64,000 bases of DNA from Alphaproteobacteria bacterium (GCA_965227065.1 CBDDFN010000009.1:151337-215336); one strand, 5' to 3'. Shown: positions 10,500 to 21,443, counted from the stretch's first letter. Numbers and translations are program-made. The notes: generated by a model from the sequence alone, not told the origin.

Positions 10500-11597
10500 C
10501 TAATTGGCAAAGCGGAAATGCATGATGTCGCCGTCTTGCACGACATAGTCCTTGCCTTCAAGCCTGAGTTTGCCGGCATCTTTCGCCGCCTGCTCCCCGC
10601 CCAAGCCGACAAAATCGTCATAAGCGGTTGTTTCAGCGCGGATAAAGCCTTTTTCAAAGTCGGTATGGATAACCCCGGCGGCCTGCGGCGCCTTGGTGCC
10701 GGTGGGGATCGTCCAGGCGCGCGCCTCTTTGGGGCCTGCGGTGAAATAGGTGATCAGGTCCAACAGCCCGTATCCGGCGCGGATGACGCGGGTGAGGCCG
10801 GTTTCTTCAAGCCCGATGCCTTCGAGGAACTCGTCCTGTTCTTCGGGCGGCAGGCTGGCAATTTCGGCCTCAATCGCGGCTGAGATCACCACGGCAACCG
10901 CACCTTGTCTGGCGGCCATCTCTTCGACCTGTTTGGAAAATTCATTGCCCTGTGCGGCGGAGCCTTCTTCGACATTGCAGATATAAAGCACCGGCTTGCC
11001 CGACAAGAGCTGCAGGTTTTTAAACAAATCCCGCTCGTCATCATCAAGCTCAACTGTGCGGGCGGCCTTGCCGTCTTCGAGCACCGCCTTGATCTTCTGC
11101 ATCAGCGGCACGACCGCCTTGGCATCCTTGTCGCCGGTCTTGGCCTGCTTTTCGAGTTTGACGAGGCGCTTGTCGAGGCTTTCAAGGTCCGACAGCATCA
11201 GTTCGGTTTCAACGGTTTCAGCATCTTCGACCGGGTTCACCCGGCCATCGACATGGGTGATGTCGTCATCTTCAAAACAGCGCAGCACATGGCAGATCGC
11301 GTCGGTTTCGCGAATATTGGCCAGGAACTGGTTGCCCAGCCCTTCGCCTTTGGACGCACCGCGCACCAGGCCCGCAATATCCACAAAGGTCAGCTGGGTC
11401 GGCACAATCTTGGCTGACGTTGCGATTGCGGCGATCTGGTCCAGCCGCTCATCGGGAACCGCAACCTGACCGACATTGGGCTCGATCGTGCAGAAGGGGA
11501 AATTGGCGGCTTGGGCCGCCGCCGTCTGCGTCAGCGCGTTAAACAAAGTCGATTTGCCGACATTGGGCAGCCCGACAATCCCGCAACGAAATCCCAT
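10500..11597 (-). CDS. ychF: redox-regulated ribosome-binding ATPase YchF
   Basis: Walker A GIVGLPNVGKSTLFNALT and a C-terminal TGS domain. 365 aa. Confidence 0.95.
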   Translation of the reverse strand: MGFRCGIVGLPNVGKSTLFNALTQTAAAQAANFPFCTIEPNVGQVAVPDERLDQIAAIATSAKIVPTQLTFVDIAGLVRGASKGEGLGNQFLANIRETDAICHVLRCFEDDDITHVDGRVNPVEDAETVETELMLSDLESLDKRLVKLEKQAKTGDKDAKAVVPLMQKIKAVLEDGKAARTVELDDDERDLFKNLQLLSGKPVLYICNVEEGSAAQGNEFSKQVEEMAARQGAVAVVISAAIEAEIASLPPEEQDEFLEGIGLEETGLTRVIRAGYGLLDLITYFTAGPKEARAWTIPTGTKAPQAAGVIHTDFEKGFIRAETTAYDDFVGLGGEQAAKDAGKLRLEGKDYVVQDGDIMHFRFAN

Positions 11598-11601
11598 GTC
11601 T

Positions 11602-12204
11602 TCAGTCCTTTGATGTGGCTTTGGGCTGGGGCAGATGATCCTGCACCGCCAAACTCACCTGGTTCATAAATCCGCTGTGGTCACCGCCGGCCAAAGCTTC
11701 AGCCGAGCGCGCCATCTGATCAAGCATGGGCTCAAGCCAGACCTGATCGGCCTTGGCGAAGTCACCCAGCACATAAGGGCTCACCCGGTCCTTGTGGCCG
11801 GGATGGCCAATTCCGATGCGCACGCGGACAAAATCGGGGCCGATATGCTTGGCGATGGAGCGGATGCCGTTATGGCCCGCCGCACCGCCGCCGGTCTTCA
11901 CCCGCACCTTGCCGGGCGCGAGATCAAGCTCGTCATAAAAGACAATGACGTCTTGCGGCGTGATCTTGAAAAAGCGCATGGCTTCGCCGACGGCGCGCCC
12001 GCTTTCATTCATATAAGTGGCGGGTTTGAGGGCGAGCACCTTGTCGCCATCGAGCACGCCGTCGCGGACGGCGGCCTGGAACTTGGCGCGCTCAGGGCCG
12101 AAACGGTTGTGTTCGGCAATCGCATCGACGGCCATAAAGCCAACATTGTGCCTGTGGCCGGAATACCGCGCACCGGGATTGCCGAGACCGACAAACAGTT
12201 GCAT
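11602..12204 (-). CDS. pth: peptidyl-tRNA hydrolase
   Basis: MQLFVGLGNPGARYSGHRHNVGF signature. The ychF-pth-rplY synteny is canonical. Confidence 0.95.
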   Translation of the reverse strand: MQLFVGLGNPGARYSGHRHNVGFMAVDAIAEHNRFGPERAKFQAAVRDGVLDGDKVLALKPATYMNESGRAVGEAMRFFKITPQDVIVFYDELDLAPGKVRVKTGGGAAGHNGIRSIAKHIGPDFVRVRIGIGHPGHKDRVSPYVLGDFAKADQVWLEPMLDQMARSAEALAGGDHSGFMNQVSLAVQDHLPQPKATSKD

Positions 12205-12243
12205 CGCTCAGCGTCCCCCGTGCGCGTTTCGTGGTCCAAGGGC

Positions 12244-12900
12244 TTAGTCTTCGCCCTTATCCTCTTCTTCGCCTTCCTCGGCCTCAGCCTCGGCTTCCGC
12301 GTCTTCTTCCTCTTCGGTCTTGGCAACCGTCGGTGCGGCAATCGTGGCGATGGTGAAGTCGCGGTCGGTAATGGTCGGCGTCACGCCTTCGGGCAGCTCG
12401 ACTTCCGAAATGTGGATCGAGTCGCCGATCTCATATTTCGACACGTCGATGACGATCTCATCGGGGATCGCAGTGGCGGGCGCGTTGATTTCGACTTCGT
12501 GGCGCACAACGTTGAGAACGCCGCCTTGCTTGAGGCCCGGGCTCTTGTCTTCATTGATGAAGTGCACGGTAACCTCAACAGCGACGGTCGCGCCTTTAGC
12601 GATGCGCAGAAAGTCGACATGTTCGGGGCGGTCGGTGACCGGGTGGAACTGAACCTCACGGGGCAGGGCCTGTTCGGTAACCGAGCCTGCTTCAACCTGA
12701 TAGACGGTCGAGAAGAAGGTGCCGGTGTGCAGTTCTTTGACCAGATCCTTTTCCAGGATCGTGACGGTCACGGGGTCTTTCTTACCACCATAGATCACAG
12801 CGGGAATGCGTCCTTCCCGGCGTGCGGCCCGCGCGGCCCCCTTACCGGCGCGATCCCTGATCTCGGCGGCGAGCGTTGATTGTTCGCTCATCGCTGTCAT
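12244..12900 (-). CDS. rplY: 50S ribosomal protein L25 / general stress protein Ctc
   Basis: N-terminal L25 domain ([16 protein letters not shown]) with a C-terminal acidic tail. Confidence 0.9.
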   Translation of the reverse strand: MTAMSEQSTLAAEIRDRAGKGAARAARREGRIPAVIYGGKKDPVTVTILEKDLVKELHTGTFFSTVYQVEAGSVTEQALPREVQFHPVTDRPEHVDFLRIAKGATVAVEVTVHFINEDKSPGLKQGGVLNVVRHEVEINAPATAIPDEIVIDVSKYEIGDSIHISEVELPEGVTPTITDRDFTIATIAAPTVAKTEEEEDAEAEAEAEEGEEEDKGED

Positions 12901-13000
12901 CCTTTATGTAAAATGCCGGTTCCCTCCAAGGGTGCGAACCAGCGGAGAGCGGTGTTTAGCCGATCTTGGCAGGGAGATCAAATGAAACGCTTTGCCGCAG

Positions 13001-13573
13001 TCAGGATGTGAGCTTGCCGGTGGTGGTGATCAACGCATCCACCGCCAGGGTCAGTCCCAGCTTGGCATTGTCGTCGATCAGGACGCCGTCTTCATCAAAG
13101 GCGGTCATGGCGGCAGGCACTGTTACCTGGCTGGGCAGCACATGCATGCCGATATTGCCCAACAGCATGCGCAGCATCACCAGACCGCGCATCCCGCCCA
13201 GCCCGCCGGGAGACGTCGCCCCTAGCACGACGACCTTGCCAGCAAAGGCCGACAACATGGGGTCATCAAGCCCTTCTGAGCGCGAGCACCAGTCAATCAC
13301 GTTCTTCAACAAGGGGGAGAAGCCGGAATTATATTCCGGCGAGGCGATAAAGAAGCCATCGGCGCTTTTGAAAATGGATTTGAGCGCCTGGGCGTTTTCC
13401 GGCACGCCGCTTTGTTCTTCCAGATCACCGTCATAAAGCGGCATGGAATAGGCGGCGAGGTCCACAAAGGTAGCATCCGCCCCCTTGTTTTGCGCTTCAG
13501 CGTAAGCTGCGCGCGCCAGTTTCTTGTTGAAGGAGTTGTCGCGGGCCGATCCTGCGAAAAAGACGAGGCTCAT
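13001..13573 (-). CDS. NAD(P)H-dependent FMN reductase family protein
   Basis: Flavodoxin-like fold sequence (FFAGSARDNSFNKKLA...IASPEYNSGFSPLLKNVIDW). Confidence 0.75.
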   Translation of the reverse strand: MSLVFFAGSARDNSFNKKLARAAYAEAQNKGADATFVDLAAYSMPLYDGDLEEQSGVPENAQALKSIFKSADGFFIASPEYNSGFSPLLKNVIDWCSRSEGLDDPMLSAFAGKVVVLGATSPGGLGGMRGLVMLRMLLGNIGMHVLPSQVTVPAAMTAFDEDGVLIDDNAKLGLTLAVDALITTTGKLTS

Positions 13574-13593
13574 GGATGGTCCCCCAATCCGAA

Positions 13594-14526
13594 TTAGTCA
13601 AACAGGCTGGAAACCGAATGTTCTTCGGCAATCCGCTTGATCGCCTCGGCCATCAGCGGCGCGATCGAGATGGTGCGGATATTGGGGGCGGCTTTCACCG
13701 CCTCGGTCGCCTCAATGGAATCGGTGATCACAAGGCTTCCCAAGGCCGAAGACGACACACGCGCCACCGCCCCGCCCGACAAGACGCCGTGGGTGATATA
13801 GGCGTGGACGCTTTCAGCACCGGCTTCGAGCAGCGCGGCGGCGGCATTGCACAGCGTGCCGCCCGAATCGACAATATCGTCCACCAGAATGCAGGTCCGG
13901 CCTTTGACGTCGCCGATAATGTTCATCACTTCGCTTTCGCCGGCGCGTTCACGGCGCTTGTCGACAATGGCAAGATCGCCGGTGAAGCGCTTGGCAAGCG
14001 CGCGGGTGCGCACCACACCGCCCACGTCGGGCGACACGAACAGAAGATCGGCACCGTCGAAACGTTCAGCGATGTCATCGGTCATCACCGGGGCGGCGAA
14101 CAGATTATCGGTCGGGATGTCAAAAAAGCCCTGGATCTGACCGGCATGCAGATCAAGCGTCAGAACGCGGTCGGCACCGGCCTTGGTGATCAGATTGGCG
14201 ACTAGCTTGGCCGAAATCGGTGTGCGCGGGCCAGGCTTCCGGTCCTGACGGGCATAGCCGAAATAGGGGATCACGGCGGTGACCCGGCGGGCCGAGGCGC
14301 GGCGCAGCGCATCGATACAGACCAGCAATTCCATCAAATGGTCATTGGCAGGGAAGCTTGTCGGCTGGATGACAAAGGCATCCTCGCCGCGGACATTTTC
14401 CAGAACCTCGACCCACACTTCCATGTCGGCGAAGCGCCGGACATTGGCCTTGGTGAGATCAACCGATAGATAGTTTGCCATCGCCTCATTCAAAGGCCGA
14501 TTGGCGTTGCCACCCAAAAGCTTCAT
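13594..14526 (-). CDS. prs: ribose-phosphate pyrophosphokinase
   Basis: PRPP synthetase sequence throughout. Start taken at MKLLGGN; the track ORF carries 15 extra N-terminal codons. Confidence 0.9.
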   Translation of the reverse strand: MKLLGGNANRPLNEAMANYLSVDLTKANVRRFADMEVWVEVLENVRGEDAFVIQPTSFPANDHLMELLVCIDALRRASARRVTAVIPYFGYARQDRKPGPRTPISAKLVANLITKAGADRVLTLDLHAGQIQGFFDIPTDNLFAAPVMTDDIAERFDGADLLFVSPDVGGVVRTRALAKRFTGDLAIVDKRRERAGESEVMNIIGDVKGRTCILVDDIVDSGGTLCNAAAALLEAGAESVHAYITHGVLSGGAVARVSSSALGSLVITDSIEATEAVKAAPNIRTISIAPLMAEAIKRIAEEHSVSSLFD

Positions 14527-14683
14527 GAAAAGCGTCCCTCGCTCGCAATTTTCTCTCCCGCGATCGTTCAAAAATCTCGGTCGAGAAAGCCCCTTGCCAC
14601 GGCCTGCTTTGTATCAGCGAGGCTGGGATGTGTAAACAAACGGTCATCAATTTTGCGCCGCGCCAGACAACCCGTCGCAGGGT

Positions 14684-15460
14684 TTAGCCTTGCAGAACAA
14701 TGGCGGAGATCAGACGTCCGTAATCGGGCTCGTTGCGATGGGTGGCCCGGCGGAAACTGAAGTAAAGCTCTTCATGGGCGTAGGTGCACGATGGCGCGAT
14801 GGTGCCGATTTGTGTCACGCCCTGTTCGCCAAGCCGGTGATGCACATAAGCAGGCAGATTGAAATGGGGTTTGGGCCAGTCTGCGCGCTCTTCCACAAAG
14901 GTGGTCGCGCCCGGTTCGGTCTCGTTCAGCGCATAGATGAAATCGGGTCCGATTTCGTAATTGTCCAGGCTGATCGTGGGGCCGATGGCGGCGCGCAGGC
15001 GCGCCCGATCAGCGCCGCACCCGACCATGGCGCTGACAACCGAGCCAATCACCCCTTGGGCCGCGCCGCGCCATCCGGCATGGGCCGCCCCGATCACCCC
15101 CGCTTCGGCGTCGGCCAGCAGGACCGGGCAGCAATCAGCGGTCAGAATACCAAGCGCCAGCCCCGGCACGGTCGTCACCAGCGCATCGGCATGGGCGGGC
15201 TCGGCTTGCGGGCCATCAAGCACCACGCAGTCGGGGGAGTGGATTTGATAGACGGTGCACAGCCGCTCGGCAGAAACGCCCATAGCCCCGGCGACCAGGC
15301 CGCGATTGGTGCGCACCACCTGTTCAGCATCGTCGGAGCCCAGGCCGCAATTCAGCGTCTGATAGATGCCCTCAGACGCCCCACCCTGACGGGTGAAGAA
15401 GCCATGGCCGATGCCGTCCAAGCCCGACAGAAGATTAGCGGTAAGATAGTGGGCAGCCAT
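14684..15460 (-). CDS. pgeF: peptidoglycan editing factor PgeF / YfiH (DUF152) family
   Basis: Conserved YfiH motifs (QIHSPDCVV...LTADCCPVLLAD...HAGWRGAAQGV). Confidence 0.8.
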   Translation of the reverse strand: MAAHYLTANLLSGLDGIGHGFFTRQGGASEGIYQTLNCGLGSDDAEQVVRTNRGLVAGAMGVSAERLCTVYQIHSPDCVVLDGPQAEPAHADALVTTVPGLALGILTADCCPVLLADAEAGVIGAAHAGWRGAAQGVIGSVVSAMVGCGADRARLRAAIGPTISLDNYEIGPDFIYALNETEPGATTFVEERADWPKPHFNLPAYVHHRLGEQGVTQIGTIAPSCTYAHEELYFSFRRATHRNEPDYGRLISAIVLQG

Positions 15461-15484
15461 GACGAAGCTCCTCTTTCGGCCGAC

Positions 15485-16610
15485 TTAATCCGGCATGGGC
15501 AGACCAGCCAGCGAATCCAGTGATTTGTGGGCAAAGCCGAAGGCCTTGAACAGCTCCCCCATCTGCCCGGGATCAACCAGGCGATGACGCGCCGCGGCAA
15601 TCGCTTCGGTCTGTTTGCCGTCGGCATCACGCATCAGACGGTTTGCCCGGGCATCAATACCCAGCATCGTCAGAAACTTGCCCTGAGTGGTTGACGGATA
15701 GGCGAATACCCCGGCGGCGTTGGCAATGTGGAATAGGCGCTCAAAATCGACATGCACGGTCAGATCGGCGGTGCCGGGCTCGTCCAGAACATCATGGCGC
15801 TTGTGCTTGCGCACCGCTTGCAGCGTGTCGCCGAGGCCTGACTTTTCCGACCCATAGTCGACAAACAGCGCCGCGCCGCCCTGGTTTGCGATCTGAGTGG
15901 CGAGGGTTTGAACAATCGCCTCGGCAGGCCGCGCCAGTTCGGCGACGGCACCAAGCGGCGCGTGCCGCACCCGTTCGCCCAGCGTTTCGATGGGATTGTC
16001 GAGCGCTTGGGGCGCGAGCACAAAGCGGAAGCGGCGCAACGGCTGGGGCAGGCCAAGCGATCCAATCGCGCGGTCGAGATCAACCATCCGTTCAACCCAG
16101 CCTTTGGGCGTGTGTTGGAACTGGCGGACCGGCAGCGCATCGAAAAATTCATTGCCCAGAACAATCAGCGGCGCATCCGTCGGCAGGCTGGTGATTGTCT
16201 CGTGATGGGTGATGGAGACGGGCAGCGCCTCAATCTGCCGGTCGCGCAGCGTCGGGCTTGCCTCCACCATATGAAGGGTGAGCGCCTCGGCAAACGCCGG
16301 CATGACCTGCGCGGCGCGCAGCGCATCGGCCATCAGCGTGCCATGGCCGGGGCCAAGCTCAACCAGATGAAACCGAGCGGGAGCGCCCAGCCGCTGCCAG
16401 CTGTCGACGGCCCACAGGCCCAGCAGTTCACCGAACATCTGGCTGACTTCAGGTGCGGTGATGAAATCGCCGCGCGCCCCGATCGGATCAGACTGGGTGT
16501 AATAGCCATCCTCAGGATCGGTCAGCACCATCATCATAAACTGGTCAATGGGGATCGGCCCGCTCTCCGAAATGAGGGCGGCCAACCGGTCGGGCATCAA
16601 GACGGTCATG
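15485..16610 (-). CDS. class I SAM-dependent methyltransferase, MidA/NDUFAF7-like (DUF185)
   Basis: DUF185 signature (YYTQSDPIGARGDFITAPEVSQMFGELLG). Start at MTVLMP (ATG 16610), overlapping the lgt stop in ATGA. Confidence 0.75.
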
Positions 16611-17466
16611 ACTTTTTCGCCTGCCCCGCAGTAACCGGCGCGGTGTTGAGCGCGCGCATGATGAACCACAGTCCCACCGCAATCATCGGCAATGACAGCC
16701 ACATGCCATGGGTCAGGAAGCCGAAAACGAGCGGCAAGTCAGTGTCATATTGCCGGACGCTTTCAACTGCCGTGCGCGCCATGCCGTAACCGGTGAAGAA
16801 GACGCCGACCAGCAGGCCGGGCCGGTCGAGCGCACGGAAGCGGAAGGCGAGTAAGGCGATAATGACAAACAGCACAACGCCTTCCAAAGCGGCTTCATAA
16901 AGTTGGCTGGGATGGCGCGGCACGCCACCGGCGCGCGGATCAGGAAAGATCATCCCCCATGACAGATCGGTCGGCCGGCCCCACAATTCGCCATTGATGA
17001 AATTGGCGATGCGGCCAAAGAACAGGCCGATAGGGGCGACCACCGCCAACAGGTCGCCCAGGGTGAACATGGAAATTCCCCGGCGCAGTGAAAAGATGAT
17101 GGTGACGGCCACCACCCCGATCAGCGCACCATGAAATGCCATACCGCCTTGCCAGACGGTCAGGATTTCGGCCGGATTGGCGAAATAATAGTCGGGCTTG
17201 TAGAACAAGACGAAGCCGAGCCGCCCGCCGATCACAATGGCCAGTGTGGCCCACAGCAGGAAATCATCAAGATGATCCGCCGTCAGCGGGGCTTTGCCCT
17301 TGGGCCACAGCCGTTCGGTTTTCAGCATGCGCAGGATCAGCCGCCAGCCGACCAGAATGCCCGCCAGATAGGCGAGCGCGTACCAGCGAATGGCGAAAAA
17401 GCCCAGATCGATGGCGACCGGGTCGAATTGGGGAAACTGAAGCGCGGTGTGCGGAACAGGCAACAT
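16606..17466 (-). CDS. lgt: prolipoprotein diacylglyceryl transferase
   Basis: Polytopic Lgt sequence with the conserved GRxxN region (GGRLGFVLFY...FGRIANFINGELWG). Confidence 0.9.
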   Translation of the reverse strand: MLPVPHTALQFPQFDPVAIDLGFFAIRWYALAYLAGILVGWRLILRMLKTERLWPKGKAPLTADHLDDFLLWATLAIVIGGRLGFVLFYKPDYYFANPAEILTVWQGGMAFHGALIGVVAVTIIFSLRRGISMFTLGDLLAVVAPIGLFFGRIANFINGELWGRPTDLSWGMIFPDPRAGGVPRHPSQLYEAALEGVVLFVIIALLAFRFRALDRPGLLVGVFFTGYGMARTAVESVRQYDTDLPLVFGFLTHGMWLSLPMIAVGLWFIMRALNTAPVTAGQAKKS

Positions 17467-17602
17467 GGGGCGGGCTCTTCACTGTCAGGGGCGATGCGTG
17501 CAAGGTTTTGTACCTGATCGCACCGCCTGCGTCACTGCTGCGCTCTTGCGAAGCTGTGACGCGCTTCCTAGATTGCAGCCATACTCCGAAAGGGAGGCTG
17601 TC

Positions 17603-17875
17603 ATGCAAAATGAATCGCGTTTCTTTGATGATGTTGCCAAGCTTGCAACCAATGCCGCCGGTGCGCTGTCAGGCGTGCGGGATGAGCTTGATACGCTGTT
17701 GCGCCAGCAGGCTGAACGCCTGATTGCCCAGATGGATCTGGTGTCGCGGGAGGAGTTTGACGCCGTTAAAGCGATGGCACAGAAGGCGCGCGAGGAAAAT
17801 GAGGCGCTGAAAGCCCGGATCGAGGCGCTGGAAGGCCAGACGCCTGGCCCCCAATCCCCTGTGGAAAACTCGTAA
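17603..17875 (+). CDS. ubiK: ubiquinone biosynthesis accessory factor UbiK / YqiC (BMFP) family
   Basis: About 90 aa coiled-coil protein (FDDVAKLATNAAG...SREEFDAVKAM...ENEALKARIEALE) with a good RBS AGGGAGG. Start at ATG 17603. Confidence 0.7.
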   Translation: MQNESRFFDDVAKLATNAAGALSGVRDELDTLLRQQAERLIAQMDLVSREEFDAVKAMAQKAREENEALKARIEALEGQTPGPQSPVENS

Positions 17876-18135
17876 AATTGCGGCAATAAGCCAGTGATTC
17901 GTGACGGCGGCGTGACAGATGATTCGTCATCGGTGACGCGGCGCCATCGGTTTTTCCGTAAGCCACCCCAAATACTCAGCTTTTTGCCTCGCTTGAAGAT
18001 AGCGCTTGCGGGACCACAAAATATTGCGGCAACCTACATGGGCTTGTAGTCGCGGGCGTCAGGTGCCACCAGATGTGGCCGGGTGAGCCGGACATGGTTG
18101 GCGGTAACGAGGCGCCCTAAGAAGGGGAGGCCCCC

Positions 18136-18636
18136 TTGCAAACAATTCGTCTGGAACCTGAGTTCATCTCCTCCAATCCGTTGGACCTCGTCGAAACGAT
18201 CGTGGAAGCGCATGAGTGGCCTTTTGACCGCTCAGACGGTGAATTGATCGTCTCGGTGTCCGGCAATTGGTGCGATTATCATTTGTGCTTTTCCCTGTTG
18301 GGGGATGGCGGTGCGTTGCACATCACTTGTGCACCCGATCTTCGAGTTCCCAAGCAGCGTTACACCGAGATTTATTCGCTGATCGGGCAGATCAATGAGC
18401 GGATGGTGCTCGGCCATTTTGATCTGTGGTCCGATGATGGCGTGCCGATGTTCCGCATCGCGCAGTTGATGCCGGAGCGGGAAGAGACCGCGCTGACGCT
18501 GACCGAGAATCTCATCGAGATTGCCTTGACCGAGGCGGAGCGCTTTTACCCCGCGCTGCAATTTTTGTTGTGGGGTGGCCGGACGCCTGAAGAGGCGCTG
18601 GCAGCCGCCCTGCTCGATCCGGTTGGAACGGCCTGA
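18136..18636 (+). CDS. YbjN domain-containing protein
   Basis: 166 aa acidic protein with YbjN-like bipartite architecture. The start codon is TTG. Confidence 0.65.
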   Translation: MQTIRLEPEFISSNPLDLVETIVEAHEWPFDRSDGELIVSVSGNWCDYHLCFSLLGDGGALHITCAPDLRVPKQRYTEIYSLIGQINERMVLGHFDLWSDDGVPMFRIAQLMPEREETALTLTENLIEIALTEAERFYPALQFLLWGGRTPEEALAAALLDPVGTA

Positions 18637-18683
18637 CAAACCTGTTAATGAGGCCTGCTTAAATTTTGTGCGGAGCAGGCCTC

Positions 18684-19538
18684 ATGCCTCAATCGTCGAA
18701 CGCTGGTTCGAAAAAGATTTCTCTCGCCTTGCTGGGGGCTGGCCGCATGGGCGGCGCCATGCTCAAAGGCTGGGTCGCTTCGGGACTCAAAAAGCGTGAT
18801 ATGGCAGTGTTTGAGCCAAGCCCGTCCGATGATCTCGTCAAGATCAAGGGCCGCAGCAGCCTGGCCATCAATCCTGACCTTGCCGCGTTTGAGGGCCGTC
18901 CCTTCGATGTTGTGGTGTTGGCGGTCAAACCGCAATTGGCGGTTGAGGTGCTGCGCAGCCATGCCGCGCTGATCGGACCCAAGACCTTGCTGGTTTCAAT
19001 CGTCGCGGGCCTGACCCTTGAAACGCTAGCCTCTCCTTTTGAAGCCCCGCGCGCTATTGTGCGGGCCATGCCCAATACGCCCGCAGCGATTGGCGCGGGC
19101 ATTACGGCCTTTGTCGTCAATGCCAATGTCAGCAGAGCCCAGGCGAAACTTGCCGAAGAACTGTTGGCGGCGACCGGCAAGGTCGTGGCGCTCACGGACG
19201 AGGCGCAGATGGATGCGGTGACTGCTGTGTCGGGATCAGGTCCGGCTTATGTGTTTCACCTGACCGAATGTCTGGCCGCTGCCGCCCAGCGCGCGGGCCT
19301 GCCCGAGGCGTTGGCCCATGAATTGGCGCGGGAAACCGTCATCGGGTCGGGCGCGCTGCTGCGCGAAGCATCCGAAACCCCCGAACAGCTGCGCCAGAAT
19401 GTGACCAGCCCCGGCGGAACGACGGCCGCCGCGCTGGATGTTCTGATGGGCGACATCGGCTTGCGCGATTTGATGAGCCGCGCGGTTGAAGCGGCCACCC
19501 AGCGGTCTAAACATTTGTCCCGGCCCAAGGAGGATTGA
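18684..19538 (+). CDS. proC: pyrroline-5-carboxylate reductase
   Basis: Rossmann motif LLGAGRMGGAM and a C-terminal P5CR dimerisation region (TSPGGTTAAAL). Confidence 0.85.
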   Translation: MPQSSNAGSKKISLALLGAGRMGGAMLKGWVASGLKKRDMAVFEPSPSDDLVKIKGRSSLAINPDLAAFEGRPFDVVVLAVKPQLAVEVLRSHAALIGPKTLLVSIVAGLTLETLASPFEAPRAIVRAMPNTPAAIGAGITAFVVNANVSRAQAKLAEELLAATGKVVALTDEAQMDAVTAVSGSGPAYVFHLTECLAAAAQRAGLPEALAHELARETVIGSGALLREASETPEQLRQNVTSPGGTTAAALDVLMGDIGLRDLMSRAVEAATQRSKHLSRPKED

Positions 19539-19541
19539 GCC

Positions 19542-20183
19542 ATGGCGAAAGCATCAAAGAAAGAATTGAAGGATGAGGCGATCAAGGCGGAGCTGATTGA
19601 TACCGCGCTTGAAATGATTGCCGAAAAAGGCTGGGTTCGGACCACCATGTTCGATGTGGCCCGCCGCTCCGGCACGCCGATTTCTAAAACCATGCGGCTG
19701 GTGCCGACCAAGCTTGCGGTCATGGATGCGCTGGAAGAGCGGGTGGACCGCACCATGCTGGAAGCGCTCGACAAGGAGTTGGAGCTTGAAGGCCCGCGTG
19801 AGCGCCTGTTTGAGGTTGTCATGGCACGCTTTGAAGCGATGCAGCAAAACCGCACCGTCATCATCGCCATGCTCAAAGGCCTGCTTTTGGACCCGGTGGC
19901 GGCGGCGGCCCTTGCCCGGCGTCACGAAAAATCCTTGCAAATCATGCTGGAAGCCGCGGGGCTTGAAAGCCCCGATCTCGACAATATCGCCCGGCGCCGC
20001 GCCCTTGATCTGGTGTTTGCCGATACGCTGAGAGGCTGGATGTCTGATGACAGCGAAGATCTATCGCAGACCATGGCCGCCCTTGACCGCCGCCTGACCC
20101 AGCTTGAAGGGGCTGTGTTCTCGGCCGGCGCGATTGTCGCTTCGGTTCTTGAGCGGTTTTCCGGCGATAAGAGCGAGGCGTGA
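19542..20183 (+). CDS. TetR/AcrR-like transcriptional regulator
   Basis: N-terminal HTH resembling TetR (LIDTALEMIAEKGWVRTTMFDVARRSG), then an all-helical C-terminal domain. Confidence 0.6.
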   Translation: MAKASKKELKDEAIKAELIDTALEMIAEKGWVRTTMFDVARRSGTPISKTMRLVPTKLAVMDALEERVDRTMLEALDKELELEGPRERLFEVVMARFEAMQQNRTVIIAMLKGLLLDPVAAAALARRHEKSLQIMLEAAGLESPDLDNIARRRALDLVFADTLRGWMSDDSEDLSQTMAALDRRLTQLEGAVFSAGAIVASVLERFSGDKSEA

Positions 20184-20184
20184 G

Positions 20185-20655
20185 ATGGCCAAGGTCAAGG
20201 TTCAGGAATTTCCCTTTGCCAGCCTGAGCATCACCCGGCTTCTGGAAGAGATGCGCCAGGAACTTGTTATCCCCGAAATGGATGATCTGGTCGCTGAACA
20301 CAAAAAAACCGTCAAGGCGTTGCGCGAGGCCGGCAAGGTAACCGAGCAGGGCCTCAAAGACATGCACGCCACCGAGGTCGAGACGCTTTATGCCACCGGC
20401 GATGAGTTGATCTCTGCATTGCGCAAGGCGGCCAAAGCGGTGGGGGAAGGCGACCGCAAAGTCGCGCGTGATCACCGCAAGCAGGCCGAGGCGGCGTTTG
20501 ACCAGGGGCTTGCCGTCCTGAAAGATCTGACGCGCCACGCCAACGGAACCTCAGAGGCGGCTTTGTCGATCCTGCTCGCGCGCGCCAAGACCGGAATTGC
20601 GGATCTGAATGCATTACGAGACAAGCAAAAGAAAAAGCGTAGCGGCGGGGACTAA
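20185..20655 (+). CDS. hypothetical helical protein (possibly phasin-like)
   Basis: 156 aa Ala/Lys/Glu-rich protein immediately after the TetR gene. No confident family assignment. Confidence 0.4.
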   Translation: MAKVKVQEFPFASLSITRLLEEMRQELVIPEMDDLVAEHKKTVKALREAGKVTEQGLKDMHATEVETLYATGDELISALRKAAKAVGEGDRKVARDHRKQAEAAFDQGLAVLKDLTRHANGTSEAALSILLARAKTGIADLNALRDKQKKKRSGGD

Positions 20656-21005
20656 CGCGCGCATTTGATGCATAGCGCGACGGCGGGATCATTTTCCAGC
20701 CGGGGCAAGGCAATTTCTTCCCCGCACTGAACGCAATAGCCGTAATCCCCATCGTTGAGCCGGACGAGGGCGGCCTCGATCGACTTGATTTCCGCAGCAC
20801 GCCGCTGGGCGGTGGCGGCCTCCATCTCCCTGGACTGAATGGCGTCCATTCGCGACAGCCGGCCGATCCGGGTCTGGTCGAGTTCGATGGACGAGCCATT
20901 GGCCGACGCCGCCTGGGCCAGGTCAGCCAGGCTGGCGCGCCTGGCTTCCAGGGCCTTACGAGCCGATGTTTCATCCAGTTTCTGCGGCTTGCTCATACCG
21001 CTCAT
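20652..21005 (-). CDS. DksA/TraR family C4-type zinc finger protein
   Basis: C-terminal CVQCGEEIALPRLENDPAVALCIKC zinc finger with an upstream coiled coil. Confidence 0.8.
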   Translation of the reverse strand: MSGMSKPQKLDETSARKALEARRASLADLAQAASANGSSIELDQTRIGRLSRMDAIQSREMEAATAQRRAAEIKSIEAALVRLNDGDYGYCVQCGEEIALPRLENDPAVALCIKCAR

Positions 21006-21112
21006 ATTAGCTGCGGCGGCCGGTCGCGGGCAAAGACGAAATTTTTCCGTGTTTTTCTAGAACATGTTCCAATTATATTGGTTGCAGTGCAACATGCCCC
21101 GCAGCCGGGGCT

Positions 21113-21427
21113 TTGGTAAGGAGTTGTCGCGCAATGGTACGGATGTTTATCAATGTCACCGGTCTGATTACCGTTCTGGCGATTGCCGCGGGCATGGCGA
21201 CCGGCGAAGTCGCGGCCCACAATGCGTTCTTTCTGGCGGTTGCAACCGTGATGATCATTGGCGGGCAGGAATTTGCCAGCCGCGCCAATCAGCATTTCCT
21301 GCGTGCCACCCGCGCCATCTTTGTCGAGCCGAAAAGCTATGGCAGCTCGGCCCGTTACGGCCTGTTCGTGGCGACCATCCTGGCAGGTGTGCTGTTGTCG
21401 GCCAGCGCCGCGATCGCTGCGGGCTAA
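21113..21427 (+). CDS. hypothetical small membrane protein
   Basis: 104 aa with two or three hydrophobic segments. No domain recognised. The start is uncertain. Confidence 0.35.
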   Translation: MVRSCRAMVRMFINVTGLITVLAIAAGMATGEVAAHNAFFLAVATVMIIGGQEFASRANQHFLRATRAIFVEPKSYGSSARYGLFVATILAGVLLSASAAIAAG

Positions 21428-21443
21428 TCAGCCTTCCCGCGTA

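Noticed and set aside
17880-18135. Imperfect direct repeats (TGATTCGTGACGG / TGATTCGTCATCGG) upstream of the YbjN gene
   Set aside because: They are short and degenerate and occur once. They could be a regulator site, but the evidence is too weak to call.
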